DNA of 63,662 bases, counting the filler, from Lenisia limosa (Eukaryota; Protista; Breviatea), in NCBI GenBank assembly GCA_001655205.1. It is 7 parts of 7 records of this genome, joined end to end, with 100 filler letters (N's around TTAATTAATTAA, not from the genome) between each part and the next. Parts side by side here need not be neighbours in the genome. Positions count along the whole stretch, not along the records: positions 1 to 30,004 come from LPNZ01006461.1; 6 more parts are not named here. One strand, given 5' to 3'. The position numbers were made by a program, and so were the translations under genes. Every line of letters starts with the position of its first letter. Within the stretch, counting starts at the first letter, position 1. Below are positions 13,297 through 24,919 of the stretch, in pieces. The notes beneath the pieces were generated by a model. The model ran no database searches and had not been told where the DNA came from. It worked only from the letters and a program-made list of their open reading frames with translations.

Positions 13297-14624
13297 ATGT
13301 TCTTCTCACTCCTCTTCTTTGTAGGAGTGATTGTTTTACTATTATTCGGTGGAATCTGCCTCACAAGTGGGATCTACTACATTACTGTCTTCGCTGAAGA
13401 GCATACTCACCTCACTAAGAAATTCTTGACATACTCGATTGCTGTGAGTTGGGATTGGGGATTCTGTTAATAAGGATATACACACCAAAATATTTTTTGA
13501 AAATAAGCAATCTGACATTTTCCTTGTTTCCTTCAATCCTCAATGATATACTATTACACGAATATTCTCCAATTATGAACCAAATTGAAAGGATTCTGTT
13601 AACCAGAGGAATAACATTTTCTTGATAATATGAGTCAAACAGTTGACTGTTTTTCAGCTTCGTCTGAAAAAAAAAGAACATTAACGAAATAGTCACATTC
13701 GCTAGTGGGAACACTTACCCATCAGGCTGTCGGCTGCCACTCATCCATCAGGCTGTCCTTTTTATTGCCACTCACCCATCAGGCTGTCCTTTTTATGCAC
13801 GTTGGGCTCTACCTGTCAGAGGACCTGCCTCTGTTCAACATCCTCATAGGCATCATAGCACACAGCCTTTATACATACCAATTGCTAGACTTCCCGCACA
13901 TCCAGCTTTTGTCTGTCAAGTTCATTTCATGCTGTGGTGGGTGGCATCCAATTGAAAATCAACATGATGGGCCCATATCAACTACTTTTCTACCTTGAGC
14001 ATAGTATTACTCATAATGTTTTATATGAATTACTATTGGAGATTGGGTAGGCTTTTGTCGAAACGATCACCGATCTGATCCTTTAGTGGCGTTGGTAGTC
14101 GATCATTTGACATGGTTCTTCTATTTTGAGGCACACTGGTACAACTACTGGGATATTGTGTGTAAGAGGGAAGTATTTGTGTTAGAGATATTGCGAGTTG
14201 GTGGGGATGTGACTTGACTATCATTTTTCTTACTTCCAGTTTTCTTCGTGGTGTTGGTTTGGATGGTGCCGTTCGTATTTCTTCTGTGCGTGACAGCAGA
14301 TGAAGATCTGCTCCCAACCTATATTGTGAAAGAGGCTCATAATGCTGAGAAAGGTTTGATCTGTGGTGCAACAGTGTGATTGTGGGATGGTGGTCATCTA
14401 AAACTAATGTGAAGGAATGTGGTTCTGGTATAGTGCGATTGAATTGGGCTTTGCTTTTTTCGTTGTTAGTACATTTTTTCCAATAATCCTTCTAGAAATT
14501 TCCTTCGTTTTACCCCCCCCCCCCAGAGACAGGAACAAAGTTTGTCAAGAACCACGCCGTGGGAGTTGTGAAGCTTATCTCAAGAATCATCTCTAAAAAG
14601 AAGGTTGAGGGTGTGTATCTATGA
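13297..14624 (+). CDS. TEX261: Transmembrane ER-exit adaptor, Erv26/Svp26/TEX261 family
   Basis: Spliced: MFFSLLFFVGVIVLLLFGGICLTSGIYYITVFAEEHTHLTKKFLTYSIA|AVLFMHVGLYLSEDLPLFNILIGIIAHSLYTYQLLDFPHIQLLSVKFISCCV|ALVVDHLTWFFYFEAHWYNYWDIVF|FFVVLVWMVPFVFLLCVTADEDLLP...|TGTKFVK...VEGVYL*. Matches the family's GxYY..EE..T..KK and W.VPF.F..... ..E..LP motifs. Confidence 0.85.
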
Positions 14625-14784
14625 TAGTATCTTGGAAGACTAGAAGTTTTTCCTGCATGTTGCTCTGATATCTTCCCTTTACTGGCTTTAGGAGGACATT
14701 CTCCCCGCAACTATCCACAAGGGGTTATGACAATCTGCCAACCTTTTATTCACTAAAGGAAGACTAAGAAGACCATGTTCGACC

Positions 14785-17700
14785 TTATTTATTGATTTCG
14801 ACCACTTCCAGGTACCACTTCCAGGTACCACTTTCAGGTACCACTTCCAGGTTGCACGCATCAGAATAATACTAAAATACAAGTAATACATTTCAACAAC
14901 CAATAGTAACATCACTCATTAGTCCTGTTTCACCTTCCTCGGTTGGAGATAGTCAGCAAGGGTGAAAGCAGCAAATGAGGCTCCCAATACAGTCAAAAGC
15001 GCAGAAATAACAATCTGAAGGGGGGGGGGGTAAAACTAAGGAAATTTCTATTAAGAATATTGGCGTATCACGAACCGAAGTAATACTTTATGATAGTGAT
15101 AAATTTGATCATCACTTATATCTAGTGTTGCAACCATTCTTGGAGAAAGTAATAAAAAGTCATATGATACCATCATACCACAGCGTTTGTGTAGTCCTTG
15201 AACAAATAGATTGCAGAGAGAACAAAGAACACACCCGAGAGAACCTCCAGTATACCAGCAACAACAGGGGCTGTCAAGTTAAATCTCTCTCTGTGTGTGT
15301 GTGGAGGGGGGGGGGGGGGNNNNNNNNNNNNNNNNNNNNNNNNNNNNNNNNNNNNNNNNNNNNNNNNNNNNNNNNNNNNNNNNNNNNNNNNNNNNNNNNG
15401 ACCTAATTATCACTCGAGACAGTATTTAAAAGCAGTTCAAGTCACCTGGAGGTGGCATTACAGCCCAGGCTGGCACTCGGAGAAGTGGGAACGACCTAAA
15501 GAGTCAATGGATGATGCGAGGTTTTTGCCGATGTAATATTATATGATATCCTATGATAAATAAATCCTCTCATAATCCCTTTGAATGATTTGAGAAATAA
15601 ATCCTCTCATAATCCCTTTGAATGAATTTTATGAGTAACAAAAACACAATCAGTATCTCTATCACTTGCTTGTATTATTCAGAACGTAATCATGTAGCAA
15701 TCAAGCCAATTCCCACCTCAACATTCCTGAAAGAACCGACAGAACCCAAGGCATCGCTGATGTCATTGCGGGTCTCAGTATCGCCACGTTCATAAAGTCG
15801 CCCATTGCAATACCCTGGTTCATTAGCTATCAGAGATTATGTCTTGGCATTCGTGGCAAACGGCATACCGTAAGGAGAAATATCGAAATGAGAAACAATA
15901 TAAAGTTCTATAGCCGCTGTATTGTTTTACTAGCACCCCCTCACATAAATAATGAGAAGCATGGCAGCAAGAGCGGTTGCGGGGAGAAGAGTGGATTGGA
16001 GGGATTTAAAGAAGGCCAGTGGGTGGAGAGAAATGCCTCTTGACGACACCCACCATGGGATTGCCTGTGTTGTAATGGTAGAACCCTTTAAGGGGATAAT
16101 AAAGATCAATTCCTCGCATTCTCTCAAGTAATCAGCAAAACCACCCTTAATTGAATATATTCAGTCTCACCAGTTTTGAACACATTGCAAAGAGAGCTAT
16201 GAAGATTGTGGACTGTGAAAGATGTCCGACAGAGAAGCAGTGAATAACAAGGCCTGGGGGGATCAACTACCATCATGATGACAAAGAGCATAAACAAAGC
16301 CTCACCCAAAGCAGCGATGAGAGGACCCGCGAAGCCTCTGACCGGGCTTGATGTCCACGTGCCGGGGTGAGCCACAACCGGAAGGGAGGAGCCGAAGGCC
16401 AAAAAGGCCTGAGGGTTGAATATGCTGTCAAAAATTGAATCAAGCAATATCATAAGCAGGGTTAAGACGACACAAAAAAAATTGTTGTTCAAATCTATTA
16501 TTTGCATAAAAGCCCTCAAACCATGACCACGACCAAAGACGAGTGAAGAATTAGGTGGGCCAAGCCAAATGCCTCGATAGCAAGGAAAATGGCGAGGACA
16601 AGCATCCCAGGCTGGATGTATCATGATGGGATAATGCTTGACTATTGATGATAATATGTACTACCATTTTTTTGAAAAGGGAATTGAGTTATGATATTTC
16701 AAAGGGATGACCCATACCAAATCAAAGAATGAAATCTCTTCCTTCTTGCTTCCTTCCATTTCCATGTCCATTTTCTTCTTCTCTTTTTTATCATTATTTT
16801 CACGTCCTTCGTTCTCATCTTTTTTCTTCTCATCTTCCTCCTCCTTTTCATGCTCATTAAGGCTCATTTCGATATGCGGCACCAAACTAAAGCGTTAATA
16901 AAACACCTCAGTCATATCTTTATTTGTTGAAAAAAGGCGTTCATATAACACCTCAGTCATATCTTTATTTGTTGAAAAAAGCAGACCTTCAGAAAGTTTC
17001 CATATATATATACATGATAGATTTCTTTAAAACCAAAACATCAAGTAGACGAAGAAGTATCAATAGATGAGTCTACGGTAATATTTAAGTGTTTGAAGTG
17101 ATATTATTATAGTGTGAAACAAGCCCCCATGCAAAAGCCTACTCAGCAGTCGCGATGATGACGGCAAGGAAAGGTAATGTTGCTGCAAGGAGATGTACAC
17201 TGGCGGGGGGTAAAATTGAAAAATTTATGAAACAAATAAGCCAAATCAACTCTGTTGGCTGNNNNNNNNNNNNNNNNNNNNNNNNTCGCATGTGCTACGA
17301 TGATAATCACGAGTACCCCCCTACGCGGCCACTATTGAGGGCACGGCTACGGAGGTGAACTGGTCATAGTTCAGCACACAGCGCAGGAGAATTACAGAAA
17401 ACAGTGTCCCGAGACCAAAAAACGCCTCCATCAGAAAAGGTAGTCTGGAGAGGGAATGAAACTGTCTTCATTTCTAATTCCAAAAACACCACTTCCGATA
17501 ACTCATTTTCAATAAACTGAAAGAAGCATCATGATACCTAAAAACTCCACAAACCTCCTCTCATTAGTGTGAGTCTCATTGTCTTGGAAACTAAATTCCT
17601 GGCTGCCGAAGTTAACCCCTACATCGCCATGACCGACATCCTCAAATGTCACCGAATGCTTTCCAATGTTATTGACGGAACGTGCAGAACCAGAAGAGCG

Positions 17701-17903
17701 TTGCCTCGTCTCTGAATCCATTGTTTTCAGCTTTTCTATGTCATTCAGGATGCCTTCAAGGGCCGATTTGCTCTTTTCTAGTTCATCCTAGAAAAGTAAA
17801 TATTATCATCAAGGTTTAAGCATGAACTAACATCTTGCTTCTTTTGATACTCAGACAATTCCTGATCAAAGGCATCAATTTGCGCCTTGATTGTGTCATC
17901 CAT
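14785..17903 (-). CDS. Multi-pass membrane protein with N-terminal coiled coil, unknown family
   Basis: MDDTIKAQIDAFDQELSEYQKKQD|DELEKSKSALEG... followed by hydrophobic exons (LPFLMEAFFGLGTLFSVILL, VHLLAATLPFLAVIIATA, LLPATALAAMLLIIY, GILEVLSGVFFVLSAIYLF, IVISALLTVLGASFAAFTLA), bounded by GT-AG. Confidence 0.55.
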
Positions 17904-18180
17904 CGCACGCCTATTTACTTTCAAACTAACCTATCTATCCACTAACAACACTCTAACGGCACAAAAACAAAAAACAAAAATACCACACACAAACCTCCCA
18001 AAATCGATCTACTGGTCTACTTTACCCCCTTGTATTTTGGTCGCTCCCACCTTGGCTCCCACTCTCCCACTACAGGCAAAAAAGTCTCCCTATAGTGCCA
18101 GTTTTTCCCTTCTCTCATTCCTGTGCCATCCTTCCAAGGTGGCCTTCCCTCCCCGATCCCTCCCCAATCCCAAGTAGCAG

Positions 18181-18650
18181 ATGACAATGCCACAGCCAAA
18201 CTTTGACGAGGAAGGCATTGCAGTGTCCTCCTCTGACGGCAAACATGGTGGTGTCGGTTTAGGAGCGCATTTACCAAAGCAGTTCGTTGCTTCACACGAT
18301 GATGAGGCTGATTTTGAATTTGTTGATATCGACAGTTCAGTTACAGATGCGGTTGATCTTCTGCGAAGCCTGATCACTGAAGGGAGAGAGTCAACGGCGT
18401 TAAAAGTGTACCTTGCGTAGGTGGCGAATATGGAGAATATGTCATTTGATCTCTTTGACACACGTTCGTTGAGTATTCTTATGGATGGCGGGGTGTGACC
18501 TAATTAGGATGGAAGAGGCAGGCGAGGATGTGTACTCAAAGACGTTAATGGCTGATGGCGGCAGTTTGTGCTGCCTGATTTCCCTCATCAAAGAGCGGCT
18601 TTCTATTCAAGGTTTGCTGGCAAGGAGAAGCATTGGGTGGACAAACTACT
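18181..18650 (+). CDS. Probable spliced gene fragment, unknown product
   Basis: Strong G-first codon bias in the frame PQPNFDEEGIAV...DEADFEFVDIDSSVTDAVDLLRSLITEG, preceded by an acceptor; later MEEAGEDVYSKTLMADGG. Boundaries unresolved. Confidence 0.35.
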
Positions 18651-18789
18651 GATAGACCGAGGGTTTAGTATCATCATTTATATGCTGAGTTGTAAGATAA
18701 AGGACTACCGGATGGAATAGACTACAATAGGCAATCTCTCTCAACGAAATATGATATGGATAGGTTTTGTTTTTTCTCTACCATGTAAG

Positions 18790-18912
18790 GGAAGAAACAT
18801 ATAGTAGGTGAGTTTAAAGGGAAGAAACATAAAGTAGGTGAGTTTAAAGGGAAGAAACATCAAATAGGTGAGTTAAAGGGAAGAAACATCAAGTAGGTGA
18901 GTTTAGAGGGGA
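18790..18912. repeat. ~30-bp minisatellite (~4 units)
   Basis: (AAAGGGAAGAAACAT..AGTAGGTGAGTTT)n. Confidence 0.9.
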
Positions 18913-20809
18913 GGACTATTATTCCAGGTAAACTGGTTGCACCCATTTCCAAAGGTAATTATCATATACTATACATATAATATATATACTAAAGCAAAGG
19001 ATAGTATATCATATACTGTGTCTGATGATAGTATATTATCATGTAGTTTTAAAACATCATGACCACAGTAATAAATTACTGACCCTCTCTCAGAGTTAGA
19101 CCTTTGCACAATACCTCTCAACCAGCTTTGCGCCAAGTCCCTCTCACCAGCCACCCCCCTCAGCCATGTCACACTGCCAGAGTCCTTCAGGTACGTTATG
19201 GACATTATTATTGTGGGTATTGAGTTGCTGGGCGGAGGGATTTGGCCGAATTCTTCAATAATTTTCCATTTTAGCCAATTGGGATAACAGCCTGTTTTTG
19301 TTTCCCATTTCTACATATTTGTTTCGAAGAACTCCCAAAGCTAGAGTCCAATTAATGGTGCTTTTGTCAAACAGTAAGAGTAAACGACAATTGGTTATGA
19401 AATAATAAAGAACAAGGATAGCAATAGCAATATTCCCATTGATTTGAGGAAGCAATGGGCAATGGAGTTTGCTAGACTCAAAAATAACGGGTCCATTACA
19501 CGCCAAGGGTGCTCTTATGACTTCAAAGGAATTGGCATTTTTCATTGTACTGAGGAGTATCCGTCTTTGTTGGGATGCGCCAAGATTCTGTCTATAAGTC
19601 GAATTTTTCTTCTCAAAAAAGCCCAGTCTTACTGACTAGGCCAAACAACCTAACAACTCTCAATTCCCAGAGGGGAACCATAACATTCCGTACTTCTGTC
19701 TTGGACAAGCGGTCAGAACGTCAGAGAACGACCCAATTGAGACCGCCAGCCGGGCTGGGGCGGCGCTTGGCATCTGGAAAGTGGGGAAGATCTGAAAGAA
19801 CAGATCACTGTGGTGGCCACCACCAAGGCAGCTAGCTTGCCAAAGAGGAAGTTTAGATACAGGGATGATAAGCTCAGGCAGAGGGTTGATGAAGGGTGGG
19901 CATGGCTTGGCAAAGAGTATTCTAAAATATCAAGGAACAGTTATCGCAAAAAGCAAGACAATTTATCCACCAAACTTTGAACCTAGTACCCTTCCTCGGT
20001 ACCTGGGGCACCCTTGAGCTGATGGTCAGCCTGTTGACACTATCAGAGTACTAGTATAATTATATTTAGTCCTCTGTTTCGTTATGGTCAATGGAGGGGG
20101 AAAATATCTTCTTTCATACCTCTGTTGCTTTGGCGAAACCGGTTTCGAAGCCGTTGAAATAGATGAGTCGGGAATAGATGAGTCAAATATGACAAATATG
20201 TGGCGATTCTCGAGTCAGTTTTTAGATTCAGTTACGCACATGCACGGGGTCAAGAAACCAACAGTGGCAGTTATCCGGGTTGCCGGGATACTCGATACTC
20301 AGGGAGTGACTCCTCAAGGTGGTGATATGTCAAGAGAAGTAAATTTGAAAACTATCCCAATATCTATACCCGCTGTGTTACGCTACAATGGCGTAAGCGC
20401 TTGATGCATTGCAGAATGTTGGTCCTATAACATGAATTTTGTGGACCTAAAGCAAAAAGACATCTGAAACAAACTGCAAAATACAAGCAACATTGAACAA
20501 CCCAAATTAACAAAGAAATCAGAAAGGAAAAACTCAGGAAAATAACTTTGCATTAATTGGACTCTTGCTTTGACACTGAAATGATTAATGATGTTACTTT
20601 TTGAGTTCCTTATTCCACACCCCCCCTTTTTTTGTTCGCGACTTTTGTACCAAGTGGATGTTTGTTTCTACCTTTTCCTTCTTTCATCTCTGTTTTATAA
20701 ACACGGTTTTTGAGCTGCCATCATGGTTAATCAAAGGTTTGATGGTTTTGAAGACTCTTTTCTACCCCCCCCCCCTTAGTTTGCCAATTGCCTCACAAGT
20801 GGCAACGTC

Positions 20810-21700
20810 CCCTTTCGACCCAGAAGATGATGACCTTGGTTTGCAGGCAGTTTGCTATTGGTGATTCTTTGGAGTCATGGCATAGTAGAGCTCAGAAGTC
20901 TGTATTTGACTTTATGATCTCATTAACAGACATCGCAGTCGTTTTTATGGCGTCATTCATTCGGATTTTTGTTTTCTTTTTCTATTGTCTATTCACCATG
21001 TAATTTCATTTCATTTTTCCTTGGGATTTTTTGTTTCATAAATTGTCCTTTTTACTCCCATTTTACCACCACCCCTCCCCAGGTGAAGTCAATTCTGCTG
21101 ATGAAGCCTTGGAAGATGACATCCCCAATTCTCTTCCTTCCACACCGATTAAAAGAGCACCACCATGTCAAACTGTTTGCGGGTATTACACTCTTTTATG
21201 ATATTCGATTTCTTTGCAATTTGAGGCAACATTCTCTATTGAATATCTCCTAAACTCAAATAATAAGCTAATGAGACCGGAGCAATATAAAAAGCTAATG
21301 AGACCGAGGCAATAGAGGTGATTTTTTTGTGTGATGTTGTACATATTGGAATTACNNNNNNNNNNNNNNNNNNNNNNNNNNNNNNNNNNNNNNNNNNNNN
21401 NNNNNNNNNNNNNNNNNNNNNNNNNNNNNNNNNNNNNNNNNNNNNNNNNACTCCAATTATTCCGACCATCAAACGAAGAGTTCCGTCCGCTCAGGTGGGC
21501 CTTGCTGAGCATACTCCCTCTGATCAGTGCTTTTACTTGATAGGTCATCACCACATCGGGTGTTGCAGGGGTGGCTGCGGGCTTTACAGGACTGAAATTA
21601 CTGGAGGTTATGGTGGACTCCTTCGATGTTGCCCGGGCAACCAGCAGGTTATTGGGGGACAGATTAGCTGGTACGCAGAATGTTCTGTGCATTATTCTAA
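20810..21700 (+). CDS. Probable spliced gene, unknown product
   Basis: Exons VATSPFDPEDDDLGLQAV, EVNSADEALEDDIPNSLPSTPIKRAPPCQTVC, VITTSGVAGVAAGFTGLKLLEVMVDSFDVARATSRLLGDRLAG. Interrupted by an N gap. Confidence 0.4.
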
Positions 21701-22027
21701 GGAGTATCTCATAATATCATATACTACTATATATAATTTATATATCATATGCATATATTGTATACTATATGTATACAATATATATGATATATAAATATAA
21801 ATACCAAAAGTATACAATATATGATATATCAATTATATAGTAGTATATGCATATGATATTTATAAATACCAAAAGTCGATTTAGATGCAAAAGTGTGGTT
21901 AACATCGTTTTTATTCGAGATATGGGACAACCCTATGACACACAAGCTTGGGTGGCAATGTCTCAATTCCTCCTTATGAGGGGAGAAAATACCCACAACA
22001 AAGAATGGTCATATCCAAAAATGGTTA

Positions 22028-22256
22028 TACATGAAACCGCAAGCCAACCATAGTCTATCATAATTTACATGAAACCGCAAGCCAACCATAGTCTATCATA
22101 ATTTACATGAAACCGCAAGCCAAACATAGTCTATCATAATTTACATGAAACCGCAAGCCAAACATAGTTTTTCATAATTTACATGAAACCGCAAGCCAAC
22201 CATACTATCATAATTTACACGAAACCGCAAGCCAACCATAGTCTATCATAATTTAC
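22028..22256. repeat. 38-bp minisatellite (~6 units)
   Basis: (CATGAAACCGCAAGCCAACCATAGTCTATCATAATTTA)n, no spacers. Confidence 0.95.
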
Positions 22257-24477
22257 CAAATGTTTAGAAAACCTCTCACGCATTAAACCCTTAGATCGCC
22301 AACGATTCTCCCCCTTTTAGCTGCGGTCTTCGAGGCGTGCTCGCGCGAGGCCAGCCCATCCAAACCCCTACCTCCGTCGGAACAGGTTGAGGGGCTCCCG
22401 CTGGTACTGTTCCTTCCTCTTCCATTTTTATGATAGAAGTTTATGTACAATGAAATATCTCATTGAGGGGAAGCATTTGAAATATCTCTCCTTTGACTCA
22501 TCCCCTACAATAACATCTCATCCCTAGGCTCTAATGCTGTCGATGGCAGCATCCACAGCCGCCTCAATTCTTCTTCAGGTTTGTGGAAGGGCTGGATATC
22601 TTTGGATTAGGATTATGGTATTTCTGATAATATGTACAGTTGTCAAAAAACCAAATTTCTAAAACTATTCTAGTATTTCTATTTATGGACATGTAGTGAG
22701 ATGCAGGCATGATTGAAGCCGTCCACGGCATTATATCATATAGATTATTTAACTCGTCCATCCGGATTTTTCTTCAATGTTCATTAATACCCGTCGTTGT
22801 CTTTTCTTTCTTGGGTTCCTTTGTTTATGGCGTTTCAGCTTCTATTAGCCACCGAAGATTTGGTACTCTTCACACAGCGAGTTCTTGACGCCGGGGTTGT
22901 TGAGGGTCTCACGGCGGTTACACATTGGCCGGTTGTAGTGTTGGGGGAGAGGGGAGTACGCTTCGTTATAAAATGGCTTCAAAGACAGTATTTTGAACCT
23001 CACATGGCAGCAACGCGCCCAACGCGCCAGCCGTGACGGCACTCCTCCTCATGGCGTCATCGTGCACTGCCGGCGGACGGGCAGTTGCCAACGCCGGCGC
23101 CGGAGAAGCCACTATCAAGGTGGGAACATGGCGTCGCTGAGTCATGAGTCTACATCTAATGCCCATTGCAGATTGTGGTCTCTGGGGCGACATTACCCAC
23201 ATCAGTTCTTGCTCGCCATTTAATGGCCATCCCTATCTTCGCCAGGTGAGTGTCAGCAGAAGTATTAGAGAATGGCATTTCCCTTACGCCTCCAGACACG
23301 GCACTTGTCTCTCTCCCGCACCGCCTACTTTTGTTTCCATGCTCCTTACCCTCACAAATCATGACGCCCAATCAATTCGCAACTCTGCTGGTGGGGCTTT
23401 GGCAACGCAATTGCAATATTTGAACACGTCTCTATCTGTGATCTAGCCGCATGCATGCTGCTTTCAAGTAGTGTTTCACTCGCCTCTACGAGTTTCTTTT
23501 GTGAACATATCATATGTATGATTATATACTATACATATTTTGCCACCATTTAGATATCCTCTATTGGATGAACTCTCTAGAGATGATTCTCAATGATGAT
23601 CCTGAAAACGTGGCTTTCGACACCTCTCGAAATCCATCGACTTTCATTCCGAACCTTGTGAGACGCTTTAAGGTGGGGAATTTGTTCTGTTTCATATCGT
23701 TGGCTTTGATTGTGTCACCCTTAAGAAACGTTCATGTGGACGGCCTGGTTGTGGCAAACGACTCATCGTCGATGAAATTGGTATGGTTGTGGGGACTTGC
23801 TGACTTCATGTTGAATCTTTGTTGGTGGTCATACTTACGGGTCGATTTGGGATAATTGTTTCTTATGTTTCCCTTTTTGGACTTTATTCACATTGCTGCA
23901 TTTTTTTTCACTCGCCGCTTAATTTTGCTACTTCATAGATTATTACGATAGCGGCCTCTTTCACTGTGATACAAAACGGTGATTAAAGTATAGGAGCGAT
24001 GGGATGCAGTGCTTCTTTGTTCTTCTTTGTTTTCATCACTCGGGTGTTTTCCCAAATGTTTATTCAGCAGAGTTGTTTTCCCAAATGTTTATTCAGCAGA
24101 GTTGTTTTTTTCCATTTACCCCTTAGGGCTTGACCCTTGTCCGTTCTGTAGGATCCTGTATTACTGCAGTGAAACATGCCGCTCAATGGACTGGTATGAT
24201 GGGGGTCAAGGGGCCAAGGGCACTTCCATGCCATCCGAGCCTCATCCTCACAGGTCAAATCGCCATGGACCGCTCTGCTGCGGCGTCCTGGAGTAGTCTT
24301 GTCCTTCCCATGTGGTCAATTTGCTTCTTCTAAATGCACCAAATACATCTTTTGCCAATCAATAAAATCTGGGAGTAATTGGAGCTAGGAGGGCTCCTTG
24401 GTCCTCCAACCTGACATGAAGAGTTAGGTGATATTATTTTGTCCCCAAAAAACGAAAAAAAACACCAAAACCGAGAT

Positions 24478-24484
24478 AAAAAAA
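24478..24484 (-). terminator. RNA polymerase III oligo-dT terminator
   Basis: T7 run immediately 3' of the tRNA on the minus strand. Confidence 0.6.
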
Positions 24485-24485
24485 T

Positions 24486-24568
24486 TGACAACTGTGAGAT
24501 TCGAACTCACGCCTCCGGAGAGATCACGACCTTAACGTGACGCCTTAGACCAACTCGGCCAAATTGTC
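24486..24568 (-). tRNA. trnL-AAG: tRNA-Leu(AAG), intronless, long variable arm
   Basis: Reverse complement GACAATT TG GCCGAGTTGGTCTAAGGC G TCACG TTAAGGT CGTGA TCTCTCCGGAGGC GTGAG TTCGAAT CTCAC AGTTGTC A forms a complete cloverleaf with anticodon AAG. Confidence 0.95.
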
Positions 24569-24919
24569 TTACAAATAAATGATTCAATCACAAAGACGAT
24601 GCAAGTTTTATTTTTCGGGTCGAATGTTTCCCCAGAATAATATTATTAATAATAATAAAATTAAATTTTTATTTTATATGAGTACAATCTGAATACAATA
24701 AAATGTGTGTATGTATGAGTAGTAGTATTATATTATTATATTATTTATTTTAAAAGCTCTGGCTTGCGTGCAAATAAAAGGAGCCTTCTTTCTCACTTTC
24801 AGGTATGTTTTTTTTCTCAGATTTTTTATGTATTTTATCAGATTTTTATGTATTTTATCAGATTTTTATGTATTTTATCAGATTAGGGAGCATATTAATA
24901 TTTGTATTTTTGTTGGTTG

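Noticed and set aside
18405-18510. Two 15-nt GT-AG intron candidates
   Set aside because: Longer 30- and 40-nt canonical alternatives restore the frame, and no conserved protein is available to decide.
22028-22256. CRISPR-like arrays (also 25915, 28235, 62421)
   Set aside because: Units are head-to-tail with no unique spacers, no cas genes are present, and the context is eukaryotic introns.
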